Shown here: in pieces, positions 22,257 to 32,340 of the stretch | Layout of the letters: the number at the start of each line of letters is the position of its first letter | How positions within the stretch are numbered: position 1 is the first letter of the stretch | From: an uncultured Bacteroidota bacterium | Lineage (GTDB): Bacteria; Bacteroidota; Bacteroidia; AKYH767-A; OLB10 | DNA: 64,000 nucleotides | Assembly (NCBI GenBank): GCA_963814475.1 | Contig: CAWFDA010000046.1 | Span: 666,940 to 730,939 of the forward strand | Direction of reading: 5' to 3' | Position numbers and translations under genes: made by a program | The notes under the pieces: model-generated | Databases searched by the model: none | What the model was told of the DNA's origin: nothing | The model's input: only the letters and a program-made list of their open reading frames with translations

Positions 22257-22913
22257 ATGAATTTTAAAATCACTGATTTAAATTCTAAAATATTAAAGGT
22301 GAAATTGACATTAATAGTTCTATTTTTGACTATATCCTACCAAGGAATCAGTCAATCTGCATCTATGGGGTGTTCCAAACATACTTATTTGGGATCCACA
22401 GGGACAGTAATACATTATCCACTTCCAAATGGTAACGACAGCATAAAAACCATAGCATTTCCATGGGATATTGTGACTATACATGCATATATTGATCCAT
22501 CATGTGGAGAAAACACAATTTATTTACACAAAAATGGAGTTGTAATAGATACTGCAGTTTATCCTACTACATTTACTCTAACAAGTAGTGGCAGGTATAT
22601 GATTTGGGATAGTTCAGTGCCAATTTTTCCTCCATGCATTGTAGAATTTGTTAACCCAACTGACTTAAGTGAAAACAGTTCATTAGAATATCGATATTAT
22701 CCTAATCCCGTTTCCGACTTTTTAAACTTCGAACTACCAATAAATGGATTGTATCAAATTCAAATTTCGAATAGTTTGAATAAAGTTTTAAATACATACA
22801 TAACAAAAGAAAATTCAAACATTGATCTTCGTAATTTACCGCAAGGAATGTTTTATTTTCAACTTTTTAAAGATGAAAAATATGTAGGGGGTGGTAAATT
22901 TATCAAAATTTAA
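22257..22913 (+). CDS. Secreted protein with a T9SS C-terminal sorting domain (Por_Secre_tail).
   Basis: Signal peptide and a C-terminal ~80 aa domain (YPNPVSDFLNFEL...LRNLPQGMFYFQL). Confidence 0.6.
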   Translation: MNFKITDLNSKILKVKLTLIVLFLTISYQGISQSASMGCSKHTYLGSTGTVIHYPLPNGNDSIKTIAFPWDIVTIHAYIDPSCGENTIYLHKNGVVIDTAVYPTTFTLTSSGRYMIWDSSVPIFPPCIVEFVNPTDLSENSSLEYRYYPNPVSDFLNFELPINGLYQIQISNSLNKVLNTYITKENSNIDLRNLPQGMFYFQLFKDEKYVGGGKFIKI

Positions 22914-23184
22914 TAAACACGTCCTCCACGTTTTAGCTCATACTAACATACCACTTAAAAAATAGTACAGAAATAATAATAACAAAAACCTCCTGCGGTC
23001 AGTTATCTGAAGCTTGCTACTTTCGCAGATGATCGGATTTTGAAACCTAAAATATTTCAACTGAAACAAGCTTTCCAAAGATATCCAAAAGTAAAGAAAC
23101 CACAAAAACATCCTAATGTAATAGTTGCTGCTAGCTCAGTACTGGATATCAAATAAGAGTTAGCACACCTTTCAAATTTTTTAT

Positions 23185-24027
23185 TTACATTTTAATAGCT
23201 GATAAGGATTTTATATTCATTGTTATCATATTGTAGAAAACAAATATATACTTTCCTCTCAGCCACGTTTTGGTTGAAATAACTGAATCATCAAATCCTG
23301 AATTTAACTCTTCACTAAAAACTAACTTTTCGGCAATGTCGAAAACTTCCAGGTAAATTTTATCGTGGAGATTATTTGCACTTGAAATTGCAACTAAATC
23401 CGTAAACGGATTTGGTGACAAACTAAATTTTTTTGGAAAATCGGTATCCTACTTATCACTTAAAATGTGCTCCGAAAAATCGTCAATAAGTAATGACGCA
23501 AGACTTGTGGGAAATTCTAAAGGATCGATCTGAGAAAATGCTTGAATCTGAACTTGAATACTGTCAAATACAACCAATGGAGATAAGAGGATATTGATAG
23601 GGGTGTATGCAGAAAATGATGAGAGTGTTACCCAACTACCAATCTTCAGAATCGATGATCCGTTATAATCAAAAACCACAATTCTTCCTTCGCCGGTTCC
23701 ACTAATACTATCGCATTTAACAAATCCGGAAAGTGAATAAATTATACCAGGACTCGAAAAGGTAGTTCTTGCATAACCGGGAAGTGGACCTTCAAAAGAA
23801 GGACCATTATTTATCACTTTAAGTGCAAAATTTCCACTATGACTATCAGTACTCTTTGAAATTGAAATGCTGTTTACAGAATTATTTGTAATCCAAAATT
23901 CCGGTTCTTCTGTTGAGCCCGGAGTTATCCAATTTTCAAATCCTTGATTCGGAATATTTTGACAATTTGAATCCGCTGCAACAAGAAAAATTAAAATTAA
24001 TACTATACCGGCAAAGTGAAATTTCAT
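23185..24027 (-). pseudogene. Secreted T9SS-cargo protein, with the body in 23449-24027 and the CTD in 23185-23421, separated by an apparent frameshift.
   Basis: The upstream ORF has a signal peptide. The downstream 78 aa ORF (SPNPFTD...LEVFDIAEKLVFSEEL...GKYIFVF) is a typical T9SS CTD. Confidence 0.5.
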
Positions 24028-24152
24028 ATTAACTGAATTTGATCGGAATACTATATAATTATAGTAAAGTTAATCAAAAACTTGAAATTACTCATTTTTT
24101 TCTATTTTTGTAATGCAATTTTTTCATTTTCATTTTTTTATCAATTTTTCAC

Positions 24153-24676
24153 ATGCAATTACAACACATTACCACAAAAATTCACGAAATCAGAGGCATG
24201 AAGGTCATGCTCGATCATGATTTGGCAATTCTTTATGAAGTAGAAACAAGGTCGCTTAAGCAGGCTGTGAGAAGAAATTCAGATCGCTTTCCTGAAGATA
24301 TTATGTTTCAACTAACTGAACTAGAAATCGATAGAATGGTATCACAAAATGTGATACCATCTAAAAGCTATTTTGGAGGAGCCAAACCATTTGCTTTCAC
24401 TCAAGAAGGAATTTCAATGCTTTCGAGTGTTTTAAGAAGCAAAAAAGCTATACTCACAAACATTTCTATCATGCGCCTGCCTGCAGCATGGCAGGTGCAT
24501 TTGTAATGATGCGCCAATTTGCACTTTCACATCGCGAATTAACTGAAAAACTCAAGGAAATGGAAACCAAATACGATCAGCATTTTCATACTATCTACGA
24601 AGCTAATGGCTATCTTATGAAAAACGATGAGGAGGACAAGAAACAAAAGAACCGCCGAAGGATTGGGTATAAATGA
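24153..24676 (+). pseudogene. ORF6N-domain protein, copy 1, disrupted by a 20 bp palindromic insertion at 24476-24495.
   Basis: The N-terminus ([13 protein letters not shown]...[11 protein letters not shown]) is 80-90% identical to copy 2. The frame breaks at SIMR|, and the tail ([35 protein letters not shown]) resumes in another frame. Confidence 0.8.
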
Positions 24677-24714
24677 CCAAAATAAAATAATTTAACTTTT
24701 AAAACATTTTTCAC

Positions 24715-25188
24715 ATGCAATTACAACACATCACCACCAAAATTCACGAAATCAGGGGCATGAAGGTCATGCTGGACTATGATCTGGCTGAAATGTATCA
24801 AGTCCCAACAAAAAGTCTCAATCTTAGTGTTAAACGGAATCTAAATCGATTTCCGGATGATTTTATGTTCCAACTTTCTCAAACTGAATGGCAAAGTTTG
24901 AGGTTTCAAAATGAAACCTCAAACAAACGGGGAGGTTCGAGGTATGTGCCATATGCATTTACAGAACAGGGTTTAGCCATGCTTAGTGGGATATTAAATT
25001 CTCCCATTGCTATCGAAGTAAATATCTCCATCATGCGGGCTTTTGTATTCATGCGACAATTTGCTCTTTCTCATCGTGAGTTAACGGAAAAACTCAAGGA
25101 AATGGAAACCAAATACGATCAGCATTTTCATACTATCTACGAAGCTATTGACTATCTTATAAAAAACGATGAGATGGACAAGAAATAA
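24715..25188 (+). CDS. ORF6N-domain protein, copy 2, intact tandem paralog.
   Basis: 157 aa with the full ORF6N N-domain and a conserved C-terminal helix region. Confidence 0.8.
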   Translation: MQLQHITTKIHEIRGMKVMLDYDLAEMYQVPTKSLNLSVKRNLNRFPDDFMFQLSQTEWQSLRFQNETSNKRGGSRYVPYAFTEQGLAMLSGILNSPIAIEVNISIMRAFVFMRQFALSHRELTEKLKEMETKYDQHFHTIYEAIDYLIKNDEMDKK

Positions 25189-25403
25189 AAGAAACGTCGG
25201 AGGATTGGGTTCAAATGACCAATAAATGTGATGGATAAATTACTCCAAAGACGTATTAAAAACCAATATTCAAAACGAAAAATACTTTAAAACTTTTTTT
25301 ACAAAATACAGAACTGAAAATTTAGGATATTTATTCGAGTTACCTGAAAATGCACTGACCAACACTTTAGAAGTTTTCCTAATAATTATGCATAACTAAT
25401 GTG

Positions 25404-26135
25404 CTATTTTGTGACTGCAGGAGCGTATCCAAAAAGGTAAGACACATTAATAGTAACACCTAAATTTTTTCCATCGGAAGCAGCTACGGCATACCCATTA
25501 TTGTAATGATCCACATAGTTTGGAGGTGTTTCTTCATAGTTGTTCACGAGTCCTTGGTTAATGATTAAATCGAGACCAATTCCGTTCTTAAATTGAACTC
25601 CCGCACCAATTATAAATCCCATATCTATTGGACTAAGATCATCTTTAATATCAGTTTTAAACTTCTCGGGGCTATTATATGAATCAATAACCAAATCTGC
25701 ATCCAGTAAAACACCTAATTGAAAGCCTGTTTGTAAATTAAAAATTCCTGCAACTTTAAATTTTACAGGAATGTAAAAGTCCAAGTAAGTCAATTTTTGA
25801 TTGAACGAAATGATATTATCATCGTCCCAGAATCCAAATTCCCATAGATAAAACCCTTTTCTTGCAATAGAGACAGAAGGATTAAGTGCTAGTTGTTCAG
25901 TCAAAGGCACCTGAACAATTATACCACCATGATAACCGGGACCAATATCAAATTCTTCGTTACCGGTAATCATTCTAACCCCTTGTCCCCAAAAAGGTCC
26001 GGCCTGAACTTTAGATTGTGCTAAAACTGTATTATCAGCCAAAAAGAATCCAACTCCCAACAAAACAATAGCAATTCTTAACGTTTTCGTTTTCATAGTA
26101 ACAATTATTAAGACAATATTCAGCAAAAAATTCAA
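25404..26135 (-). CDS. Outer membrane beta-barrel protein (porin-family).
   Basis: Signal peptide, alternating hydrophobic beta-strand pattern and a C-terminal aromatic-rich end. Confidence 0.5.
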   Translation of the reverse strand: MNFLLNIVLIIVTMKTKTLRIAIVLLGVGFFLADNTVLAQSKVQAGPFWGQGVRMITGNEEFDIGPGYHGGIIVQVPLTEQLALNPSVSIARKGFYLWEFGFWDDDNIISFNQKLTYLDFYIPVKFKVAGIFNLQTGFQLGVLLDADLVIDSYNSPEKFKTDIKDDLSPIDMGFIIGAGVQFKNGIGLDLIINQGLVNNYEETPPNYVDHYNNGYAVAASDGKNLGVTINVSYLFGYAPAVTK

Positions 26136-26186
26136 TTCAGCAATTCAAAAGTACAATAAATTATCAAATAAAGGTCAAAAACCAAA

Positions 26187-27533
26187 TTAGAACTTTCCAC
26201 CTGCCCCTCCGCCGCCAAAATCACCGCCACCAAATTCGGTTCCGGGTGCTTCGCCTGCATTTGAAAACCCAGTTGTTTGAGACACAATAAAAGCTTCTGC
26301 GTTAAGTAAACCTTGATTCTCGCCATCCTCATCAAAAGTAAATACCTTGTTGTTTTTCTTCAGATATCGAATCGCAAACCAAGAAACTAACAACATAATT
26401 AGCCCACCTAGAGTGATGGTATTCTCATAGGGAAAATCAGGATTGTAGAACTGGTAGGTGGCCACTGTTCCAACCAGGATGATTAATCCGGTGAGGAGAA
26501 ACAATCGGTCTTTCGTACGTAACCCCTGAATGATAAAAATAATTGGAAATAGGATCGTGCAAATAATAAAAATAAATGCCATGGGCAATCCTTTTCCTCT
26601 TACAGCAGACAATTCATACCTTTCAAGGTCATACTTTTTAGAATATAAAATTTCATTTTCAGCACTCAATTGGGACAATTCTTCATCACTCAAAGAGTTA
26701 AGAGTGTCTGAATACGAACTATTGATGATCTCGTGATTTGCATTTATAGACTTTTCAATAGCCACATACTCTGCGTTTTCGGACATATCAACAGAAGTTT
26801 CACTCAATAAAATATTTCCTTCTCGAACAACAAAATAATTCATACTTAAATAAATCATTAGTAAAGAAACCACTTTTAAAACTTTAAGAATATTTTTCCA
26901 ATACACGAAACGATCGTTTTGAAGCATTTTGTGTGAGAAAATTGCAATGCAACCAGAAGTAAAAAGAAAAATGAAAGGCATCAATAACTTCCCCAAATTA
27001 AAGTCAGCAGCGATAATGAATATCCAAACATAGAGACAAACAAGAGCCAAAAACGCGAGAAAAGAATCCATATAACGATAGGAAACATAAGCCAGCAAAG
27101 GGATACAAAGAAACATGATTAGAGTAGTGCTTGAAAAATCGGTGAATAATAAAATTCCGAAAACTACTAATGACATTGCTAAATATAAAAGGCAATCGTC
27201 AATTCCGGAACAGTAATGAAATTTGGTTTTAATAAAAAATTGAAGTGCAAAAAATAAAATTGCGGAACCAATCAAACATAAAACTCCAAAAACAATTTCA
27301 TTACTGAAAGGCACAGCAACCATAGCTCCCAAAATTCCAAGCGCAGAAGTAGCTAGAACAAAAGTAAAAATAAACAGTCCAATTCTGACAAATAAATTCG
27401 GAGAATAGAAATCTGGTTTGTAAGTTTCATTTATCTGCTTTAATTGATCTTCAGAAATAAGATTATTGTTCTTGAGTTGCAAAGATTTTGCCTTTATGTT
27501 TAAGGCGTCAATCCAATTTTTGTTGTAGCTCAT
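26187..27533 (-). CDS. Polytopic membrane protein with a Gly-rich C-terminus (possibly DUF4401-like).
   Basis: 448 aa with many TM segments and a C-terminal GGGDFGGGGAGGKF. It overlaps the start of the upstream gene in an operon arrangement. Confidence 0.5.
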   Translation of the reverse strand: MSYNKNWIDALNIKAKSLQLKNNNLISEDQLKQINETYKPDFYSPNLFVRIGLFIFTFVLATSALGILGAMVAVPFSNEIVFGVLCLIGSAILFFALQFFIKTKFHYCSGIDDCLLYLAMSLVVFGILLFTDFSSTTLIMFLCIPLLAYVSYRYMDSFLAFLALVCLYVWIFIIAADFNLGKLLMPFIFLFTSGCIAIFSHKMLQNDRFVYWKNILKVLKVVSLLMIYLSMNYFVVREGNILLSETSVDMSENAEYVAIEKSINANHEIINSSYSDTLNSLSDEELSQLSAENEILYSKKYDLERYELSAVRGKGLPMAFIFIICTILFPIIFIIQGLRTKDRLFLLTGLIILVGTVATYQFYNPDFPYENTITLGGLIMLLVSWFAIRYLKKNNKVFTFDEDGENQGLLNAEAFIVSQTTGFSNAGEAPGTEFGGGDFGGGGAGGKF

Positions 27534-27534
27534 A

Positions 27535-28485
27535 TTATTTAATCTTCAGGATTTTTTTATAATTGATAAAGAAATATATGATTCCCGCACATGAAAACAC
27601 AAAATAATAAAGACCTAAAAAGTTAAAGCCACCTATTTGAAATACCGCCCAAGTAATTCCTACATAACAGTAAATTACAGACATTAAAAGAAAATAAAAT
27701 GATTTTTCTTTAATGGCAAAACGAGTAAGTAGGAAACCTGCCAGTAATAACACAACAAAGTATGCAATTGGAAAACTAAGAGTAAAACAACCGGCCAATA
27801 AGCAAAGAAAAAGCATATTAAATCCGAAATTATACCATGTAAAAGTAAAGTGGCGCTTTATATTTTTAAGTTTAAAATAGAAAGCAGCACTGATGAGCAA
27901 AACTGACAATGCAAATCCGGTGTAAATAAGCGGAAATTCAGAAAATTGGTTATTTAACAACATTCCCGGTGATGCTGAAATACCTGCGAAGGAAGCTAGC
28001 GCAGTTATTGCAAGCGATAACACACCGGCATGATCAAAGATATAGGCTAGAGAAAAAAATAAAAGTGCCGGAATTAATGTTGCAAGTCCGTATCGCGTTC
28101 CAAAAAGTTGATATTGAAATTGAAGATACCCTTCCAATGCCAAAAACAATAAACATCCTAACAATAAAATATAATCGAACCAAGGTGAATCATGCTTAAC
28201 TTGCAAATTGTTGTAAGGTAACCGGTGTTTAAAGCAATAATAAAAACAAGTGGCGCATGCCAAACCAATTAAGGCAATTATTGCAGTGTGTCCAATTGTA
28301 TCAATATTCTGATAAATTATGATTCCTAATCCGCCGGTCACCAACAGAATTCCTAAATATAAAATCGTCCGTAATTCCCAATGCAGGGAAAAGGGCTTTT
28401 CATTTAGAGAAGTTTGAATGGCAAGTGACTCTTGTTCTGAAATGATTCCGGTATCGTGGAGCATTTTCAGGTATTTCTTCCTCAT
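27535..28485 (-). CDS. Polytopic membrane protein (possibly DUF2157-like), first gene of a two-gene membrane operon.
   Basis: 316 aa with an N-terminal soluble helix followed by about 8 TM segments. Confidence 0.5.
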   Translation of the reverse strand: MRKKYLKMLHDTGIISEQESLAIQTSLNEKPFSLHWELRTILYLGILLVTGGLGIIIYQNIDTIGHTAIIALIGLACATCFYYCFKHRLPYNNLQVKHDSPWFDYILLLGCLLFLALEGYLQFQYQLFGTRYGLATLIPALLFFSLAYIFDHAGVLSLAITALASFAGISASPGMLLNNQFSEFPLIYTGFALSVLLISAAFYFKLKNIKRHFTFTWYNFGFNMLFLCLLAGCFTLSFPIAYFVVLLLAGFLLTRFAIKEKSFYFLLMSVIYCYVGITWAVFQIGGFNFLGLYYFVFSCAGIIYFFINYKKILKIK

Positions 28486-28539
28486 GGTTCTGAATTTTAT
28501 GTAAATGAAGGAGAAAATCAGTAAAAAACAATGAGAAAG

Positions 28540-28725
28540 TTAGAAAAATACATAAAAAAAGGGTCATTGGTCGTTGTCGGTGCGGAAGGGTCATTGAGTC
28601 ATTGGTCATTAGTCTTTGTCGGTGCGGAAGGGTCATTGAGTCATTGGTCGTTAAGTTTGGCGGAAGAGTCATTGGGTCGTTTTAATTGGCGGAAGGGTCA
28701 TTGAGTCATTGCTCTGATAAAAAAA
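28540..28725. repeat. Tandem ~57 bp repeats built from GGGTCATTGAGTCATTGGTC-type units (AGTCATT heptad family).
   Basis: GTCGGTGCGGAAGGGTCATTGAGTCATTGGTC occurs twice, followed by degenerate copies. The same heptad is seen at 9400-9465 in reverse complement and at 35820-35870. Confidence 0.8.
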
Positions 28726-29161
28726 ACCTTCTGGTGTTAGATAATCCACCTGAAGCAGACATTTTAAATTAGACATTGGACATTTTACATTCCCGCAAAG
28801 TATTATTTAAAATAAAAATTGCATGATTTAGAAAAATTTCCCTGTTGCAAATAAAGGGTTCATTTGCCATGGAAAATTTCTCAATGTGCATGAAACAGGT
28901 TGGTTCAAATGGCTAATGACAAAAAATGCAAAAGGAAGCAGCCGGATCATCAATTACAATTCATCATTTCCGACTGTTCCCTTCACAACTCACTTACCAG
29001 GAAAGTACCTAACGTAACGCTTGCCCGACTGACTAGGCGAGAATTACGAATTTGCTTCGCAATACGAATTTACGAATTACGAATGTCCGCCTTGATAGGC
29101 GGGGATTATGTCTGTGCGCCTTGATAGGCACGTGTGTGACCGGATAATCGCGCACACGTTG

Positions 29162-30313
29162 TTACAATGTCCCTCGGCGGGCTTGTTCTGCTTCGATGGA
29201 TTCAAACAAAGCTTTAAAGTTTCCTTTCCCGAAGGACTTTGCTCCTTTGCGTTGAATAATTTCAAAGAATAATGTGGGACGATCTTCAACCGGTTTAGTA
29301 AATATTTGTAATAGGTATCCTTCTTCATCACGGTCTACCATAATTCCGAGTTTTTTCAACACTTCCATATCTTCTTCAATGATTCCTACTCTTTCAGCAA
29401 CGGTATCATAGTAGGAACCGGGAACGTAGAGAAATTCTACCCCTCGTTTGCGCATTTCAGCAATAGTTAAAACAATATTATTAGTTGCAACAGCTATATG
29501 TTGACAACCGGGTCCCTTATAAAAATCCAGATATTCTTCGATCTGAGATTTCTTTTTGCCATAGGCAGGTTCATTTATTGGAAATTTGATTCGTCCGTTA
29601 CCATTCGACATCACCTTACTCATAAGCGCAGTGTATTCAGTGGAAATATCTTTGTCATCAAAGGTAACCAAGTTGGCGAATCCCATTATTTCTTCATAGA
29701 ATTTTGCCCATTTGTTCATTCCTCCAAGTTCAACATTACCCACCATGTGATCAACATATTCGAGTCCGGCCGAAACGGGATTATATTCTGATTCCCACTT
29801 AACAAACCCGGGAAGAAAAACTCCATTGTAAGCTTAACGCTCTACAAAAATGTGAAGTGTTTCGCCATAGGTATGAATTCCCGACATCACCACTTTCCCA
29901 TTGTCATCTTCAATGGTTTTTGGTTCCATAAAAGGCTTTGCTCCTCTTTTAACTGTTTCATTAAAAGACTTAGTTGCATCATCCACCCACAAAGCAATAA
30001 CTTTAACACCATCGCCATGCAAACGAATGTGATGAGAAATTTCACTATCAGGATCCATTGGTGTAGTGAGAACAAGTCGAATTTTTCCTTGTTGCAGAAC
30101 ATATGAAGTACGATCACGACTACCGGTTTCTAATCCCCGATAAGCAAGTGATTGAAACCCAAAAGCTGTTTTGTAATAATGAGCTGCTTGCTTCGCATTG
30201 CCTACATACAATTCCACATAGTCGGTACCATTGATAGGCAAAAAATCTTGTGCTTTTTCAAACACTTTATCTCCGGAGTAGGAGTAATTTTGTACTGTTT
30301 TAAGATTGTCCAT
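29162..30313 (-). pseudogene. hppD: 4-hydroxyphenylpyruvate dioxygenase split into two ORFs by a frameshift near 29746-29834.
   Basis: The N-terminal half (29834-30313) and C-terminal half (29162-29746) are both typical VOC-fold HPPD sequences ending ...[16 protein letters not shown]. Confidence 0.75.
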
Positions 30314-30342
30314 TTAATTAAGATTTTCAGTTACACAAATTA

Positions 30343-31527
30343 TCATCCTTCAACCGCGATGTTATCAGGTTCAAACAACCATGACTTGTAATAATCTTTC
30401 ACCTCAAGTGCCAAAGCTGCATTAGTAATTTTTACAGGATGAAATGGATCAATCATAACGGCAAGTTCATTCGTTTCTTTTTTACCGATACTTCTTTCGA
30501 TTGCCCCCGGATGAGGCCCATGTGGTACACCGGCAGGATGTAAAGTAATTTGTCCTTTTTTGATATTGTTACGGCTCATAAAGTCACCATCAACATAATA
30601 TAACAACTCATCAGAATCGATATTACTGTGGTGGTAAGGAGCTGGGATTGCATCAGGATGGTAATCGTACAGTCTGGGAACAAAGGAACATATTACGAAA
30701 TTATGTCCCTGAAAATTCTGATGTATCGGAGGTGGCATGTGAATGCGACCAGTGAGAGGTTCGAAGTTAAAAATAGAAAATGCATAAGGATAATGATATC
30801 CATCCCATCCTACAACATCAAATGGATGAGTTCCATAAATATAAGGATAGATTAGCCCTTTTTTCTTAATCAATATTTTAAAATCACCTCTTTCATCGTG
30901 TGTTTCGAGTCCTTCAGGAAGTCTGAAATCACGTTCACAAAATGGTGAATGCTCCAGCATTTGCCCATATTCATTTCTGTACCTTGGAGGTGTTACCACA
31001 GGACTGAATGATTCAATAATCAGCAGCCGATTTTCACTAGTTTCAAAATCAATTTTATAGACAGTACCTCTTGGAATAACAAGATAATCACCATAACCAA
31101 AATCCAGATTCCCAAAGCAGGTATGTAACGTGCCATTTCCCTGATGAACAAAAATTAATTCATCGGCATCGGCATTTTTAAAGAAATAGTTACCGGTACC
31201 TTTTTTTGAAGCCGATAAACCAATATGCATATCATCATTGACAAAAAGCGTTGTTCTGCTTTCAAGATAATCATCCTTCAAAGGCATTTCAAATCCCTGA
31301 AAACTGAAAGCTCTCAAATTATCTTCAATGGCTATTTCCGGCCTAACGGAATAGGACTTGCCTGCTTCTTTAACGATTGTTGGAGGATAAAGATGATAAA
31401 CAAGTGAAGATACACCGGAAAACCCTTCGGTTCCACAAAGTTCTTCATGGTATAAAGACCCATCCGGCTTACGAAAAACCACGTGTCTTTTTTGGGGAAT
31501 TTTCCCAAGTCGATGATAAACAGACAT
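30343..31527 (-). CDS. hmgA: Homogentisate 1,2-dioxygenase.
   Basis: 394 aa cupin-fold dioxygenase with His/Glu metal ligands, adjacent to hppD. Confidence 0.8.
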   Translation of the reverse strand: MSVYHRLGKIPQKRHVVFRKPDGSLYHEELCGTEGFSGVSSLVYHLYPPTIVKEAGKSYSVRPEIAIEDNLRAFSFQGFEMPLKDDYLESRTTLFVNDDMHIGLSASKKGTGNYFFKNADADELIFVHQGNGTLHTCFGNLDFGYGDYLVIPRGTVYKIDFETSENRLLIIESFSPVVTPPRYRNEYGQMLEHSPFCERDFRLPEGLETHDERGDFKILIKKKGLIYPYIYGTHPFDVVGWDGYHYPYAFSIFNFEPLTGRIHMPPPIHQNFQGHNFVICSFVPRLYDYHPDAIPAPYHHSNIDSDELLYYVDGDFMSRNNIKKGQITLHPAGVPHGPHPGAIERSIGKKETNELAVMIDPFHPVKITNAALALEVKDYYKSWLFEPDNIAVEG

Positions 31528-31640
31528 GACATATAAATTTTATGCAAATAACCCCATGAATTGGGTATATTCTTATGATTTCTGTCATCTTTCATTAACT
31601 TTACGGACAATAAAAAAGTGATTTCAGTCATATAAAAGCT

Positions 31641-32318
31641 ATGTGTGGAAGATTCTCCTTAACCAAAGAGGAACTCGAGATTGAGAAGCGATTCAATGCG
31701 AAGTTTTATTCCAATGATTTGGTAAAACGATACAACGTTGCGCCCAGTCAGTTAGCTTTGGTGATGACCGACGAAAAGCCTCATGAACTGCAACACTACA
31801 AATGGGGATTAATTCCATCATGGGCTAAGGAGGCTTCAATTGGGTACAAAATGATTAATGCAAAATCGGAAACCATTTTTGAAAAGCCCTCTTTTCGCAA
31901 CTTGATAAAAAACAAAAGGTGTTTGGTAATTGCTGATGGATTTTACGAATGGAAGCCATTAACCAAAAAGCAGAAACAACCTTATCGTATTGGATTAAAA
32001 GGTGATGATTTGTTTGCTTTTGCAGGGTTATGGGATTCGTGGACCGACAAGGGTACCGGAGAAATAATAAACTCTTTCACGATTATTACAACAAATGCTA
32101 ATGATCTAGTTTCTCCAATTCATGATCGAATGCCGGTAATTCTTGAGCGGGAGGATGAAAAAAAATGGATTGGACACAACATTTCTCACGATGAAATTAT
32201 TAAGATGCTTACCTCCTATCCAAAAGAAAAAATGAAAGCTTACCCGGTTTCAGATAAGGTAAATTCACCACGCAATGATTCAGATGAAATGATTGTTGAA
32301 AAAATAATAACAACTTAA
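31641..32318 (+). CDS. yedK: SOS-response-associated peptidase (SRAP/YedK), an abasic-site DNA-protein crosslinking protein.
   Basis: Begins MCGRF, with the catalytic Cys2 of the SRAP family. The ORF is 225 aa, typical for the family. Confidence 0.8.
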   Translation: MCGRFSLTKEELEIEKRFNAKFYSNDLVKRYNVAPSQLALVMTDEKPHELQHYKWGLIPSWAKEASIGYKMINAKSETIFEKPSFRNLIKNKRCLVIADGFYEWKPLTKKQKQPYRIGLKGDDLFAFAGLWDSWTDKGTGEIINSFTIITTNANDLVSPIHDRMPVILEREDEKKWIGHNISHDEIIKMLTSYPKEKMKAYPVSDKVNSPRNDSDEMIVEKIITT

Positions 32319-32340
32319 CTAAGAAAATCAAACTACACTA

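Noticed and set aside
23090-23170. tRNA-like stretch GTTGCTGCTAGCTCAGTACTGG.
   Set aside because: It begins like a tRNA acceptor/D-arm, but no anticodon arm, T-arm (GTTCGAATC-like) or 3' acceptor complement follows. It is not a tRNA.
28400-28672. ORF MTLPPNLTTNDSMTLPHRQRLMTNDSMTLPHRQRP...
   Set aside because: It lies entirely within the GGGTCATTGAGTCATTGGTC tandem repeat, and its repetitive peptide is a translation artefact.
28900-29124. 74 aa plus-strand ORF in the hppD downstream gap.
   Set aside because: It overlaps the ACGAATT micro-repeats and hairpins, and there is no ribosome-binding or homology support. It is probably non-coding.
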